Position numbers and translations under genes: made by a program. The notes below the pieces were generated by a model, which saw only the letters and a program-made list of their open reading frames with translations, searched no databases and was not told the DNA's origin. From Balanoglossus misakiensis (Eukaryota; Animalia; Hemichordata): a stretch of 64,000 bases of DNA. How positions within the stretch are numbered: position 1 is the stretch's first letter; every line of letters begins with the position of its first letter. Below are positions 13,001-25,200 of this stretch, in pieces. Location of the stretch: assembly GCA_040954595.2 (NCBI GenBank), contig CM082593.2, positions 3,799,434 to 3,863,433 of the forward strand, given 5' to 3'.

Positions 13001-16000
13001 AGACAGCCCAGTAACGGTCACCATGGCAACACCACCACGAAAGTGAAGCCATACAAACACCACATGGAAGAGCAATTCCATAACATAATAGTATTTGACT
13101 GCATATAACACATCACACATCAAAATTACACAAAGGGCATTATCGAATAAGTCATTTTATTGAAAACTAAACTTGGACGGAAATAGTTTGATACTGTAGA
13201 TAACTTCCTTTAGGGCCTAATTTAAAATCTTAGGATGAAGTCTATAAACTCTTTTCAGAACAAGCAGCCAATTCAAGCAGATACCTGATGGCATCAACAG
13301 GGGAAGTATTAATTAGAGTTCAAATTAACGCGCTCCTTTCTGCAGATAATTCCTAAAGTTGATGATCAACGCGTGCGCATATTGAAAACGACGAAGACAG
13401 ATAATCCAACTTTGTTAATTTCGTATGATTTTTGTGGAAAATTGATTTTTGTTTATCTTTCAGCAACCATTGCAAGGGATGTTGGGTACAAATTACTCTT
13501 ATACTTATTTCCTGGGCATTTGCTTTCGTTTCTGTGAAAATGGTTGGACTGATTCTACAAGTTTTATATGCGTTCTTCGTTATACTTCAGGTAAGTTTAT
13601 ATCGTGTTAATCTGATACTTTGATGAATTTATGAAAATTAGCGCATTTTGCGCGGGAAAACTTGAGATAGACTATGTTCATCTGCTCAGGGACTATTTTG
13701 TTGATTAGAGATTTCTCACCTAATGAGCATTTCTGGCCAGACAGAAGGTAAGACTAATTCAATCAATGTCGATAACTCGGTCATTAGGTTTCATTGTCCA
13801 CTGCCTAATTCCCTGAACATTTGGACTAAACGTTCGACGCCATTTGAAATTTAAAACGTTCTTTTAACAAATTATTTCCTCATTAATTTTGAAATGTCCT
13901 CAGCACGGAAGCGATTCCTTACCAAATATAAATGTCAGTGATACTAATTGAGTCATCCACATTTGAAGAGCACGATGAGGCGCAGATCAGGTATCAGCTC
14001 CGTAGTCACAAATTGTCGTCTGCTGTGTTTTCAATTTCAATTTCTTAATTTTCCAGTCACTAAATTGCTCATCTCTCCATTTTCCTAACTATTACACAGC
14101 TACATGAAATTTTGTCTGGGGTATTTGAATAGTAATAGATCCCGTCCTTGTTTCATTAAAACCATTCTTTGAATTTTGTCCAATGTGGTGTACCACCGAG
14201 ACGCCATTGTTTGACAGGGGGAAACTGAAAGATCTGAAAAAGACAAATTATTGCGCCATTTTCACACAGTTAGTAAGTAATCAATCGGCCGTGGTGTTGA
14301 TGAAACACTCTGAAGTAGCGGGAAAATGACATACTGGAGAGAAAACCCGACATCTGTCTTTGGTTGTCTAACAGCTCCATCTTACCACGAGACTAATTCA
14401 ATTGCTGCTGATTTCTTGCTTGACTTGCTAATATCAGTTTTTCAATCAGGGTTCAGGCTGCAGCAATTTATTTAAATTAACAGTAAAAATTATGGCGCCC
14501 GAAAGATAATACTGTCGTTTGGATAAAATTAAGCCGAGCTTCGGCGTAATGATAACGGTGCAATATGTCCTAATGAATACTTATCAACAAGAGAGATATT
14601 TTATATGGCTGTGCTACTCTGAAGAGTAAGATTTATAACTCTATTATACGCTTCCTCTCGTAACCTATAACCCTCAAAGTGTCGTCTGCGACATTGAAGT
14701 AGCGGACATTTTATCCAATTCTGAAATTCAAGCAAAATCTAGTGCTTTTCCTATCGTTAATATCACCGGGCTATCCCCAAAAAATCCCTAAACGAAGACA
14801 AATTTTGCTTTGAGTTTAGTATAACGCAGAAAATGTGATCGCTAAGTGTCTAAAGGTGATATATCTTACTGGTAAAGAGTAAAAGTCAAACAGCCATATC
14901 TGATTGTTTCGGGATTACATAAAATGCATGGCGGCATTTTTATTGGGCTTTAACTGGCGACTTCATCAAAACGCAGTCAGAAAGGAGATAAAACCGTGTC
15001 CCGTGCATATGAGATTCAATGTTGCCAGTGATGGGGAAGAGGGAGAACACTTCTTTTCAACGAGATAATATCGTTTTAAGACTGTCTGAGTAACGGCTTT
15101 TGAATTGAAGAAGCAATGTCGTATTTCCATGTTTATTAGTGAGAAATCGAATGAAATCCGGGCGGCGCGCGTGTCCCCTGATACTCCTTGATCGAAAGCC
15201 AACTAAAAGCATTTATCGCAACAGATAGTGATTGGTTTCTCTCAGGGACGCCCGGGTATTTCTCAGTTTTATTAGTATGTGAATTATTGAAGATAACGCG
15301 GCCACTGTGTGAATTTACAACGCCGGGCAGTTCACCGGGACTTCACTTGATGTTACCGCCGTGGCGGCGATGTCAAAACACTAATGAACGTGTTTAACTT
15401 GAAGGGCAGCGAATGAACAGCTCGGGCTGATTACACCCCGGCAATTAATTCATTCCTGTTTAGCCTCTCTAATAACTACAGGTCTTCCGCCATTTTTTTA
15501 CGATTATAGACATTCTGCGATGACACCAACAGTTCGCCTGAGAATCATATAATAGCGTGACGTAATGTTTTGCATTATGAATATATTATGAACCCAGCTA
15601 CGATATTAGTGTCAGATAGTACAAAATCAACGCATAAATAACGATTAATTATTATGCGGAATAGACACGGGTCTCTTGAAATTGTAAAATGGAAATCTTA
15701 TCGCCTGTAAGTAGTGAAATATGAAAAAAGTCGTTGTAATGTTTGAGTAAACAAATAAATCAACATTTTCAGGTGTTCGAGGTGAAGGCGTTACTTGTAT
15801 ATTGGTGGATGACTAGCAGCTGCTTTTAACTTATGATATTTTTATTTCCGCTGTCAGCGACGCGGATCTTGTAAATGGGTGGAAATCCGTTGTCGTGTGG
15901 GGTCCATCAATTTTTGCATTGCAACGTTAAAACCAATGATCTCCTCGCTTTATTTTTATTATGCACTTCTGTAGCGATATGTTGGAATGACATAAAATCT

Positions 16001-18356
16001 GCAGTTTTGCGCTTCCCTGTGAATTTCCGTCTTTTGGTTTATTTTTCATGCGAAGTTTTAATTGTTATTAAAATTCATATTATGTACGTCAGTAATAAAT
16101 AAATAATTTTTTGTTTCTTTTTAGGGTTCATTTTTCTTCGTATTTTTCTGTGTTCTTAACGGAGAAGTAGCGACGGCGCTTCGGGAACGGCGTGCACGGC
16201 TTGGCCTGGCGGTATCGACGCCGTCGTTTTCTTCCAAGTACAGCGTCTACAGGCGAGCACCCACGTCACCGACGACGAAGAAAGACAGAACAGAATCAAC
16301 GGAGCAAAGTGGTCAACCAAGCGGTAGTTTAGCTTCGGCCAGCGCGGCAAGTAGTGTTGCTTTGGCTGGAGGCAGTCTCAATAGCAGTACTAATCATTTT
16401 GTACGTGTCTTATACCATACGTCTGTCTGTATGTATGTATGTGTGTCTGTCTGTCAGTCTGGCGTAGTCGTGTCCCTGTAGGACTACCATCCATGCACAT
16501 GTCTTGCCATTTTGTTGCATTCCGACTCGACTCTCATTTAATTCTTAAGATACTTGCCAAATATGTATGCACTAATCGACAAACCATTCGTAAATCAAAA
16601 CTGTTCTAATATTGTATATCATGTAGTACATGTAGCTCCACTCCTACTACCCCCCATACACAAACACATTACTGACATCAGTGAAGATACGCGTACGCTA
16701 ACATTTCTTTCATCGGAAATCCTGAAAAGAGCAAGTACATTTCACAAAGGACCAAACTATTCCCCAATCGAAATGAGTTCGAATTGAAAGTTGATATAAC
16801 AGTCACCAAAATTCATCTCACGACCGAAATCAATTCTCCATTTCTTTTATTCAAGGGGCGATAACATCCATTTATGCACGCCAGTACGCTTTTAATGAAT
16901 TAAAATACACCCTTCTCAACCAAGTTCAACCGAGATAAGAGTTTGAAATCTTCGCTGATACTTGACAAAATATACGGCGGAATTAAGAGGTGTATATTTC
17001 AATGCCCCTTGTGTTCGCTGGCGGTGTTATCGCATGGATTTCTAAATAATTTACATTCAATACTTTTGCTGTCAAACTTGATAAGAGCTGACATATCCTA
17101 AATACCGGAGAAACTGAAAAGGAATTTATGGCGACAGAAAGCAAACATGCGGAGAATGCAGCGAGTTGATATTGGAAGGGGGCCGTGGGACTTCCAATAT
17201 CATTCATTACGCCATTACGTGTCCCAGGAGTTGGACAGCAAAAGTAATGATTAAATATTACTCCTCTCGCCATATTTCATCGCCGGGAATATCTTGGCGA
17301 CAGTGAGGGTGGCTGGTGAATGGGTCTATCGCCAGACTAGTGTTGCTGGATGTAATTGACTGAGGCACTCCGCGCATTGAGGACAATTCGTGTCCGCTCT
17401 CATCACTGACGTCAAAGGGAACTGAGGGCCCCCCAGTGGCGGACTCTAATGCGTCTGTGTACCTCCATTTGCCGTCTCAATTCTGACTGAGGTGTGTCCT
17501 CATCACTGCCAGGCACCTAACCCGATTGCTTCATTTGCAAGTATATTCGTTTCAAACGACCAAATCCACGTTTTGACAGGAGGCACTCCGCCGTTACACA
17601 ACATTATTACTCGCAAATAACACCGCCCTGCAGACAACTAACTACCGTAGCGTCGCTCGTCTCATCTGAAAAAATAAACAAACAGCTGTTGATATTATTC
17701 CAACAATCTGTCAAAGATAGTAATTTGTTACACCTCAGTTCAGCCCATCTCTCCGCAGACATATCTTAGTGATATTTGTGGGGCAGAAAAGACAGTAAAA
17801 TGCAACTGTTTACCATATAAACCGTTTAATGTGTTCCCCCACTCGTAAAGACAGAAGTTATCACTGGAAACTTAAAATGGGAGAAGTATGCATGTGTTGT
17901 TCAGACATCGCCTTGTCATACTAACTGCATGTATTTCATAATCTCTGGTTTCAATATTGAATGATGTTCTGGGGAGTCGAACAAAAAAAACTACCGTTGG
18001 TACATCGAGCAAATTGTGGGGACACACAGTTACATGTTAATGTTCCGGCAAGTGGAGCTTTAAAATTTATGAGTTAATGTGTCTAATAATTCTTTAGCTG
18101 AGAAGTGAAAAAAGCGTTGTTCTGCTCTGATAAGTGTACTACGTGGTCAGTCGCTAGTAATGAAAAATGATAAGGTCGAGTCTAGCTGGGCTGTGTCAAG
18201 TAATAGCTGGTTATGGTAGGTTAGTACTTGTCACGGATGTCAACTGTTGTGATACTGAAATGTGATTTTTTTTTATTTTTTTTACAGGAGATGAGGAACA
18301 GAAAATCAGACCACGGACCTGTTGAGGTCAATGAAGAACTGGTAACCACAGTCTGA
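938..18356 (+). CDS. Adhesion G-protein-coupled receptor (EGF, pentraxin/LamG, hormone-binding, GAIN/GPS, 7TM); 5'-partial, 22 coding exons, about 1030 aa visible
   Basis: Exons 938-1057, 2493-2789, 2940-3263, 3999-4058, 4193-4312, 4562-4668, 4796-5053, 5232-5439, 5677-5814, 6029-6098, 6315-6477, 6782-6831, 6985-7108, 7289-7398, 7569-7668, 7921-8083, 8362-8428, 8642-8702, 10516-10601, 13464-13590, 16125-16400, 18288-18356. All have GT-AG ends with compatible phases and give one open frame ending ELVTTV-TGA. Secretin/adhesion-class motifs: WSSEGC, VHRNL (TM2), LHYFF..FCWLCNEA (TM3), YYIIGWVFP (TM4), CW..IWLFVGP (TM5), ILQGSFFFVFFCVLNGEV (TM7). No start codon or signal-peptide exon found in the window. 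Confidence 0.92.
2493..2789 (+). CDS. aGPCR exon: pentraxin/LamG domain, N-half
   Basis: LSAFTISMWVKT...YLSYS...WQHLAFTWS pentraxin signature; AG/GT bounded, phase 1-1. Confidence 0.92.
2940..3263 (+). CDS. aGPCR exon: pentraxin/LamG domain, C-half
   Basis: WYVDGQ...FVLGQ...YIGDLSHVNIWSYPM pentraxin signature. Confidence 0.92.
3999..4058 (+). CDS. aGPCR small Cys-rich linker exon
   Basis: Pyrimidine tract plus cag| TGCDANLEEACDRYCSHTI |gtaagg; phase 1-1. Confidence 0.8.
4193..4668 (+). CDS. aGPCR hormone-receptor (HRM) domain exons 4193-4312 and 4562-4668
   Basis: C..NIEWPRTPAGESKSLPCP ... RTC...GTWDIPILSQC: HRM Cys/Trp pattern. Confidence 0.88.
4362..4482. mobile_element. MITE with TTAA target-site duplication (Kolobok/T2-type termini AGG...CCT)
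   Basis: TTAA(4358-4361)-AGGTATACGGTCACC ... GGTGACCGTGTACCT-TTAA(4483-4486); TIR with one mismatch; related copy at 38735-38874. Confidence 0.8.
4796..6831 (+). CDS. aGPCR GAIN-domain exons (4796-5053, 5232-5439, 5677-5814, 6029-6098, 6315-6477, 6782-6831)
   Basis: Phase-compatible GT-AG exons giving GAIN-like segments (GLTFP, FSLPRELF, YNTLGRLLP, NMTTPILINL, NPECV). Confidence 0.85.
6565..6672. repeat. (ACC/GCC)n compound low-complexity repeat ending in poly-C, intronic
   Basis: Directly visible. Confidence 0.85.
6985..7108 (+). CDS. aGPCR GPS-motif exon
   Basis: FDWSSEGCQ...ARCQCRHPGIFALTT. Confidence 0.92.
7289..8702 (+). CDS. aGPCR TM1-TM5 exons (7289-7398, 7569-7668, 7921-8083, 8362-8428, 8642-8702)
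   Basis: Hydrophobic helices with class-B/adhesion motifs; canonical splice sites. Confidence 0.9.
10516..10601 (+). CDS. aGPCR exon: end of TM5 and ICL3
   Basis: ttttctctatttag| ITCFVLTFTGKDIVESSYSKDKQANKVV |gtaagt; phase fits both neighbours. Confidence 0.85.
13464..13590 (+). CDS. aGPCR exon: TM6-TM7
   Basis: ctttcag| NHCKGCWVQITLILISWAFAF...LYAFFVILQ |gtaagt. Confidence 0.9.
16125..16400 (+). CDS. aGPCR exon: end of TM7, helix 8 and Ser-rich tail
   Basis: ttttag| GSFFFVFFCVLNGEVATALRERR...NHF |gtacgt. Confidence 0.87.
18288..18356 (+). CDS. aGPCR last coding exon with class I PDZ-binding C-terminus (VTTV)
   Basis: Strong acceptor tttttttacag| EMRNRKSDHGPVEVNEELVTTV*; AATAAA at 18596-18601. 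Confidence 0.8.
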   Translation, partial: EMRNRKSDHGPVEVNEELVTTV

Positions 18357-19153
18357 CAGGATTCTGCAATCACTTTCATACCAACAGTAAAAAGACTATA
18401 CATATGCAAAATATTTTCACCTGAAATCGAAGTGTTTCCACGCAGCGCCAAGGACCAAGGCGAGCTGCCGAACACCCAAGAACCAGCAATACTTACACAC
18501 TTGACGAGATATGGATACAAATGTGTGTGTCTCGAGAGATTGATAGGACAAATCGCGAGCCTCGTTTTGAGTTACTGGAAGTGAAAGCGCAGTAGAATAA
18601 AAGTACAATTATATTTCAAAGGCAATATGCATGCATACATCTAGGTGCAAAGACATAAAAATTATTATCACATGATTACAGATTTTTTGATAAATAATCA
18701 TCTGTCGATATTAAATATTAAAGATATCGCCACTATTAGCGCCAACATGACGTAGCTTACAAAATTGTAATACTTTTAATTAGCAATCATCGAAATAGGA
18801 TAAAACGGGCATTCAGAGGTTTGGCCATTTCAACAAAACGAAATATGTAGACAATTTTCTTATACAAGAAATGATAGTGCATCGTGATCCTTACTATCTA
18901 TGCTAGCTTACAAATATGCAAATTTATATAAATAATTCATAAACTTTTGTAGGAAAGACAACTTCATTAGCATACGTGTGTATAGTAGAGTGGTGGAAGT
19001 GACAATATGAGAGTAGATGACGTTTTGTCCGTCTATGCATTCTTCGTACATCAGAATATATTCAAGCTGTTTAATTCAGAGAGTATTTGTAAATAAAATT
19101 AATATTATTGTGAAACAATTGTCACGTTTGATGTTTAAGTTCGACAATAATGC

Positions 19154-19191
19154 TGGTGGTGGTGATGATGATGATGATGATGATGATGATG
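19154..19191. repeat. (GGT)n(GAT)n microsatellite
   Basis: Directly visible. Confidence 0.85.
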
Positions 19192-20847
19192 CCGTCACTT
19201 AATTACCGCGACCACGGTATTCATTATAAATGACAAATACAACATACACAAGATGATAAATGCTTATTTACGCTTCACGGCGCAGATAAGCCACCCCTTT
19301 TGCTCACGGCTTGGGTGGATGTGTGTATTTTTCGACCTTACAAACGAGTGCATGCATGTGTGTCATGAAATTTGACAAATTTAGCATTATAATTTTTTCA
19401 AATTTTCGCAGAAATGCCAGACAGTCGTAAATGTAAGGTAAAAAGGAAGATGCAAAATCACACCATTTAAAGAATTTATAGAGAAACTGATTAATAGAAG
19501 TAGAATATTACCAAATGTGTCAAAAAGTCGATTCCGTTTCGTTCACAATGTTCAGTGGCACTTATCCACGGGAGAGCTGCCATCACACACAAAAACTAAC
19601 ATCACGTATGAAACACAAATATTAAATATACTGGAAAATATGATGACCTTTTTCCATGAGAGTAGCGTAAAATGGAATTAACTTATTTTTTTACTTTATT
19701 TGTATGCGGAGGGTTTATTTTATTCCCCAGCAATCTTAACCCATTTCAGTGTTTGCGATTTATTATTGCATTATTTAAATCCAACTTCAATATGATTACT
19801 GAAACACACCAGGAGAACATATCTGAATATTATAGATCTTGACAGACTCGGGTATAGGTTACGACATCAACCTTCAACTCCAGGCATCAACGCTAACTTC
19901 AAAATAGCTGACAGGTGCTCGGAAAATGCTTTGCGCGATCACGCATGGCTTGGATTGAGGTTTGTTTGTTTGTCTGCAAAGCGTCTTCTTTTCTCCCGGT
20001 CCACTCGTTCGAAAAGGCATCGTTATGACAACGCTGTCGGAGCGCATCTATTTCTCGCCGACGTTCCAGATCGCGTTGATGCATGTGCGTTTCTACTTAA
20101 TTTTCCGCAAAAACACTTTTAATCGAGATTCAACAATTCGTCCATATTTAATATTTTATCACGGCTCTACGCGTCTGTGCACTAACACATGGGAGACGGT
20201 TTGTCGTTCAGCGTGATCTGAACTGAGATGGACTGCACTCATTCTGTTATTTCTGGTGCGTTTTCGCTATGGAAGTGAAATCGACAAGTTCTTGACAAGT
20301 ATGCGTTCATTTCTCATGGTCGCGTGCGAGGGACGCCAGAAACGTTAACTGACACAATCATGTAAGCTGTTTCACAATGTCTGCAATGATAAATTTTTCT
20401 GGACCATGTAATTGCGAAATTCATTCTCGATACCTTACAATCTAAAATGTAAATGTGCGATGCTTTTGTCGATTTCTCAACTCTCACATTCGAACAATCT
20501 ATTAGCTTTTAATGAATTGCAGTTGTTGGACTTGATCACCTTACGAGGTCAAAGAATCGGCGCCAGCATTCAGGAATTTGGCTCCGTTATTGCTAGAGGT
20601 CGAGTCTCTTTATAAAGTTTACAAAAGGTTACGTCCAGGGTTCAGTGAAGACAGAGTGTGAGTACAGCATAACTGAAGTTAGCTATCGCAAAATATTAAA
20701 AACAAATATTGTCCAAAGGGAAGCTATTTCAAAACAGGCTTTGTCAATAATGTTATCTCGCGTTGTTTCTCCGCCTCCTAAATCGTGTCCTATTTTGTGA
20801 CATACGTGGTATGTTAAGATCTGTTACTATAGGAACGACCCACTTAA

Positions 20848-20893
20848 AGGCCCGTGAGGTAAAAAAAATGAGATTTGGAGCTGATGTGGGCCT
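20848..20893. mobile_element. 46-bp minimal TTAA-flanked inverted-repeat element
   Basis: TTAA-AGGCCC ... GGGCCT-TTAA. Confidence 0.45.
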
Positions 20894-22232
20894 TTAATGG
20901 GTAACGAGTCTACTGAGCTGAGCTTCAGTGTCATTGGACTCTGAAGCCACCGACACTCAGCTCTTTCGCTCTCGCATTCATTCAGTTGAATGCGACAGAA
21001 TAAAAATGCAAACAATGGCTGTGCGCGCCGCTATTATGGATGGTAATTTTATAATTCACCATAAAAACATAGAGCGAGTACAATGTCATCATGCGCGCGT
21101 GATTTCATTATTAATTCATGGGAACCGGTGCGGTTATTGTGCCGAGTGCCAAACGCGAATCGAATCATTTCGACTGAAACGATGACGTTTAGAGAAAAGA
21201 CCTGGCATATGCACTTATAAACAGACGTGTAAAACTTTATTATTTAATTTCTGTGTTCCGCCTACGATAGCGCTAATATGGAAAATGCGTATTTTACCGC
21301 AGGAAGTGAGTAATTTCAAGCAGATTTTCACGGTTTCCGGAAGTAGGCACTGCGGCAGTATCCGGTTGTAGACACCGAGTCAAATAAAATCTGACATGAA
21401 AAGACTCGCATCGAATTTTTCATGTCTGTCTATGTAAATCGCCGGTAACTCGTCTATTCGCAAACGAGATGTCGATATTTAAGAATGCTCGCGTAGATGT
21501 ATTCCATACGCGGGTCATAAGTATGATCTATAGCATCTGTCACTCAACCACACGGTACAGTCCGTATAACCAGTCGTGTTATAATGTTATTCGTGACATC
21601 TGTAGAGATGGTGCTTCAGTCTTCGCATAAATATGAACGACTTACGTGAATTTAAGAGGCTGTGTTTGTCGTAATTATGCAAACAATGCCAACGTCAAAA
21701 ACATATCGGAATATGTGCAGGTTTTATTGTTTAATAAATGCGGTTAGAAGGCGAATATGAGGGTTGTGTAGTCAAATTAGCGGCCAGCCCTTCATTTTCC
21801 AGAATATAATGGTTACTAAAGTGGGGCGATAATTAGAACATCATAAACATCGATTGGTCACGGTTGATAACGATATTGCACATTGTGCCATAAAAGTAAT
21901 CTAGTGGTAATATAAGACTCTGAAAACGCATTTTTATCACCTTTTCCGTCTTGAATATTTCATGAGGGTGAAAATTTTGTCTTTCCATCTATAGTCTCCC
22001 TAATGCGCTTATTATCATCACCATAATACCCTAGCAGCAATTCCTTTCATCACTGACTACGAACCCAACAACACACAACGTAAAATTGATAATTCGAAAA
22101 GTCATTGTTTAATTTGTTCGCACTCTTTTGGGTATTAATTGCGGTACCTACAAGTTAGTATATAAATTGAATGTTGGTCGTGGAGCATTCTATGTTTTAT
22201 GCGTCAGTATCTATTTGTTGTGGTTAAGATAG

Positions 22233-22271
22233 ACATACATAAAACATACATACATACATACATACATACAT
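22233..22271. repeat. (ACAT)n microsatellite
   Basis: Directly visible. Confidence 0.85.
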
Positions 22272-25200
22272 TTACTAAAACCTTGTATAAATATGTCAAC
22301 ATTTTTAGATCATTTACAAAGAGTTTTTCAATCGAGTGATAAAATGCTGAAATTTCATTGATGTGAAGCTTGTTTTTCTTTGGAGGTGTTTGCTATACTA
22401 TCAACCCAGGAAACGAAAACTCTTTTGACTTGAGCATTATTCCATTCAAAACCAATATAGAGAAAGCGTACACCGTCTTTGTTCAGGCAAACGAAATCAC
22501 ACTTTAATTCAATTAGTGAGCGCCATTTTATCCCGAGAATGAAGAGTTTGCAAGCAAAGAGAATACCTAAACTAATCTGCGCGTTTATAAAATTCGTATT
22601 TCTAAAATTCCCTGCGTTTGCCACTTTCATATTAGGACCGCAAATTGAATTATTTAATTTGTGTAATTCGATATAGATGATGTGTCTGTTGTCCTTTGGA
22701 GTTGTGTGACAGCTCATACTTGAAAGCGAGCTGACTTTCGTGATGTTTCCGCTGGCTGAAATTGAGTTAATTTGGCGTTTGTCGAACTTATGCTGCGGAC
22801 TTACGGTGCAGATGTCTTGGCGATTTGATAGCATTTCCCGCTTAAGTGAATAAACCTGGACCGCCGTCACGGATTCGTGCCAGCGATAGCGTCGCGATGA
22901 GTGTATGAGTTCTGAGTATGAATGGAAGCGGCCATAACTAAGATCTAGCTGGTGATATCATATCTAGCGGAAATGACAATATTGGTAATTTCGTCTTACT
23001 TGCCAGTCCTTTATAGAGAAGATGCCACCGGTACGGTGTAATCACTTAACATACACGTTGATCAATGGTTGCCTCTAGCATAGAAATATCTCAAAAATAT
23101 CCATCTTTATATTCCTTATAATTACACAACAACAATATACCGCATCGCGTGATTATTATGATAGAGATACATGGTATCTTCATTGCAATGTAATTGGCGT
23201 GCCTTTCCACATAGCCATGCTAGATATCTGAGCAAATTATGGAAAAATTGAATTTTTGCACAATATATAGAACAATGAATTAACGTCTGACATGATATTA
23301 AAATGTCTACATATTGCCAATCTCATTTATCTTATGTTAAGTGCTCTTAAATGGCAATATTTTTATATTTATGACAATCTTTTATGAATATTGCCAATGA
23401 CATGTTTGGACACAGAATTGTGACGTAGAAGTAACGTGGTTGATGCCCTAGCATTTTCCGTGAGTCTAAATTGCACTAAACCAACCAACCAGTCAGTCAG
23501 TCAATCAATAAATCAATCAATCAATCGAACACCCGGGCCGCCTATATCAGTCATTAAGAAATTCCTTGGTGAGTTTGGGATAGTCAGCTGAGAAAATTGA
23601 ATCATTATTGAACTCAAGCTTACAGAAAAATATGTACCACAAACTTGTCGTTTCCAACACATATCTCGCCTGCCAATCATCCGACCAGCAGTCAACCATT
23701 AATCCGTTTAAGTCTACAACTCCGTAAAAATTGCTTCCGCACAAAGTATAACCCATGGTTGACTCTTTAGTGGTTTCATGAAACGCACAAAATTATAAGC
23801 AGTTTTCTTCCTCAAGTGCATTGTGTATTTGTAAACTAAGGAAGTCCAACGGAATACTTTTGAAGCAAAGTCACAAGTGATTTCGTAAAATGGGCTAATA
23901 ATGCCTAAACTGAGGGTAACACAAAATAGGGCAACGTGACATAGATGTCTGTGACGTATGCATGAGCAAGCAATCTCCACTCGGGAGAAACAGCTGAACA
24001 GGGATAGATGGGAAAGCGATAATTTATCAAGAACGAAATTCTACGTTCTTGTCACCAACTCGCTCGAAAGTAGCCAAAATGGCGACTAAAAGGCAAGGAG
24101 AGAACGAATCACTGCTTTAGTGCGCGATATTATTAGACGACATGTTTACAAAGCAGCATGAAATTATTCGACTTTTCATATTTTCATAAGAAATATGGCA
24201 CGGCTTATGCATTTCCTGCTCCATCTCGCCAGCCTTTGTTGTGAGTAATCTCGGAATTGTCTTGGAGAATTTAACCCCGTGACCTCGATTAAAGGGTACT
24301 GTCAGAATGACCCTGTTACGAAGTGACAGGAGTAAGACCCACAGAAGATTTGATTTTGCCGTAAAATGGAATGTTTGACCTTCTTCTGTGACCTCGCGTG
24401 TGGCGTCCGCTGAGATAGATCAGAAGTGTTCTGTCGGGGTGGCGTCGCCTGTCAGTGTTCGTCATTTGCAACTGCGCTCTTTGCTGGAACGTTTATTTAA
24501 TATTTTATCTCTCAAGATGTCAATTTCATTTCTGACAGAAGTCGCGGCAATTGATAACGGGACAGCGGTCGTCAAGCCTACAGCTTTAGCGCAGGCAGCT
24601 CTGAATCCGTCGGTTTGGTTGACGGCAAACGATCACTATACACCCTGCTGAAAAAACCACGGGTGTTTTACCACACAATCTTGGCATTTTGCGAACTACT
24701 CGAGTTATAAACACTCCGAAGTACATGTATGACGTCTCAATATGATGAAAAGAGTAATTTAGTAATATGTTAGATAGAAGCGATGAATTTTGATCTTAAT
24801 GATACTTGATAGCAGTTGATCTCTCCGTTCAATTAATTGATTACAGCCTCCCGATTAAGAGAATGGGAACGCAGTGTCATCGGGTGACTGTCAGTTCAAC
24901 GTTTGCTTTTGTATGTCACGTTTTGAGAAGACAGGTAGGTTCTCCATCGACTGACAAACAGACAAGCGGGACTTGGAGCAGCCAGAGAGAAGGGGGAGAG
25001 GGGGGCATATGATAAAGAAACAAACATGTACAACATGCGGAGATCGGTTAACAAACAGACAGTCACGTATTACATGTACCTCAAATTCAGTTCCACAGTG
25101 ACACGGAGACGCGCTCCCTCAGGACGGCTCCCAAATTCCACGCGACGTCCTCGAAAACATCCACCACGACTTCACAAGTCTCTTCGGCAGTGTCAATCCT

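Noticed and set aside
12030-13120. A/C-skewed intronic segment resembling a solo LTR or retroelement end
   Set aside because: No matching TG...CA ends with a target-site duplication and no coding remnant could be established by eye.
22355-22870. 171-aa minus-strand ORF (also 30737-31267, 39822-40349, 49455-49961)
   Set aside because: Non-ATG starts, no domain motifs and no supporting splice structure; treated as chance ORFs. 49455-49961 is antisense to gene A.
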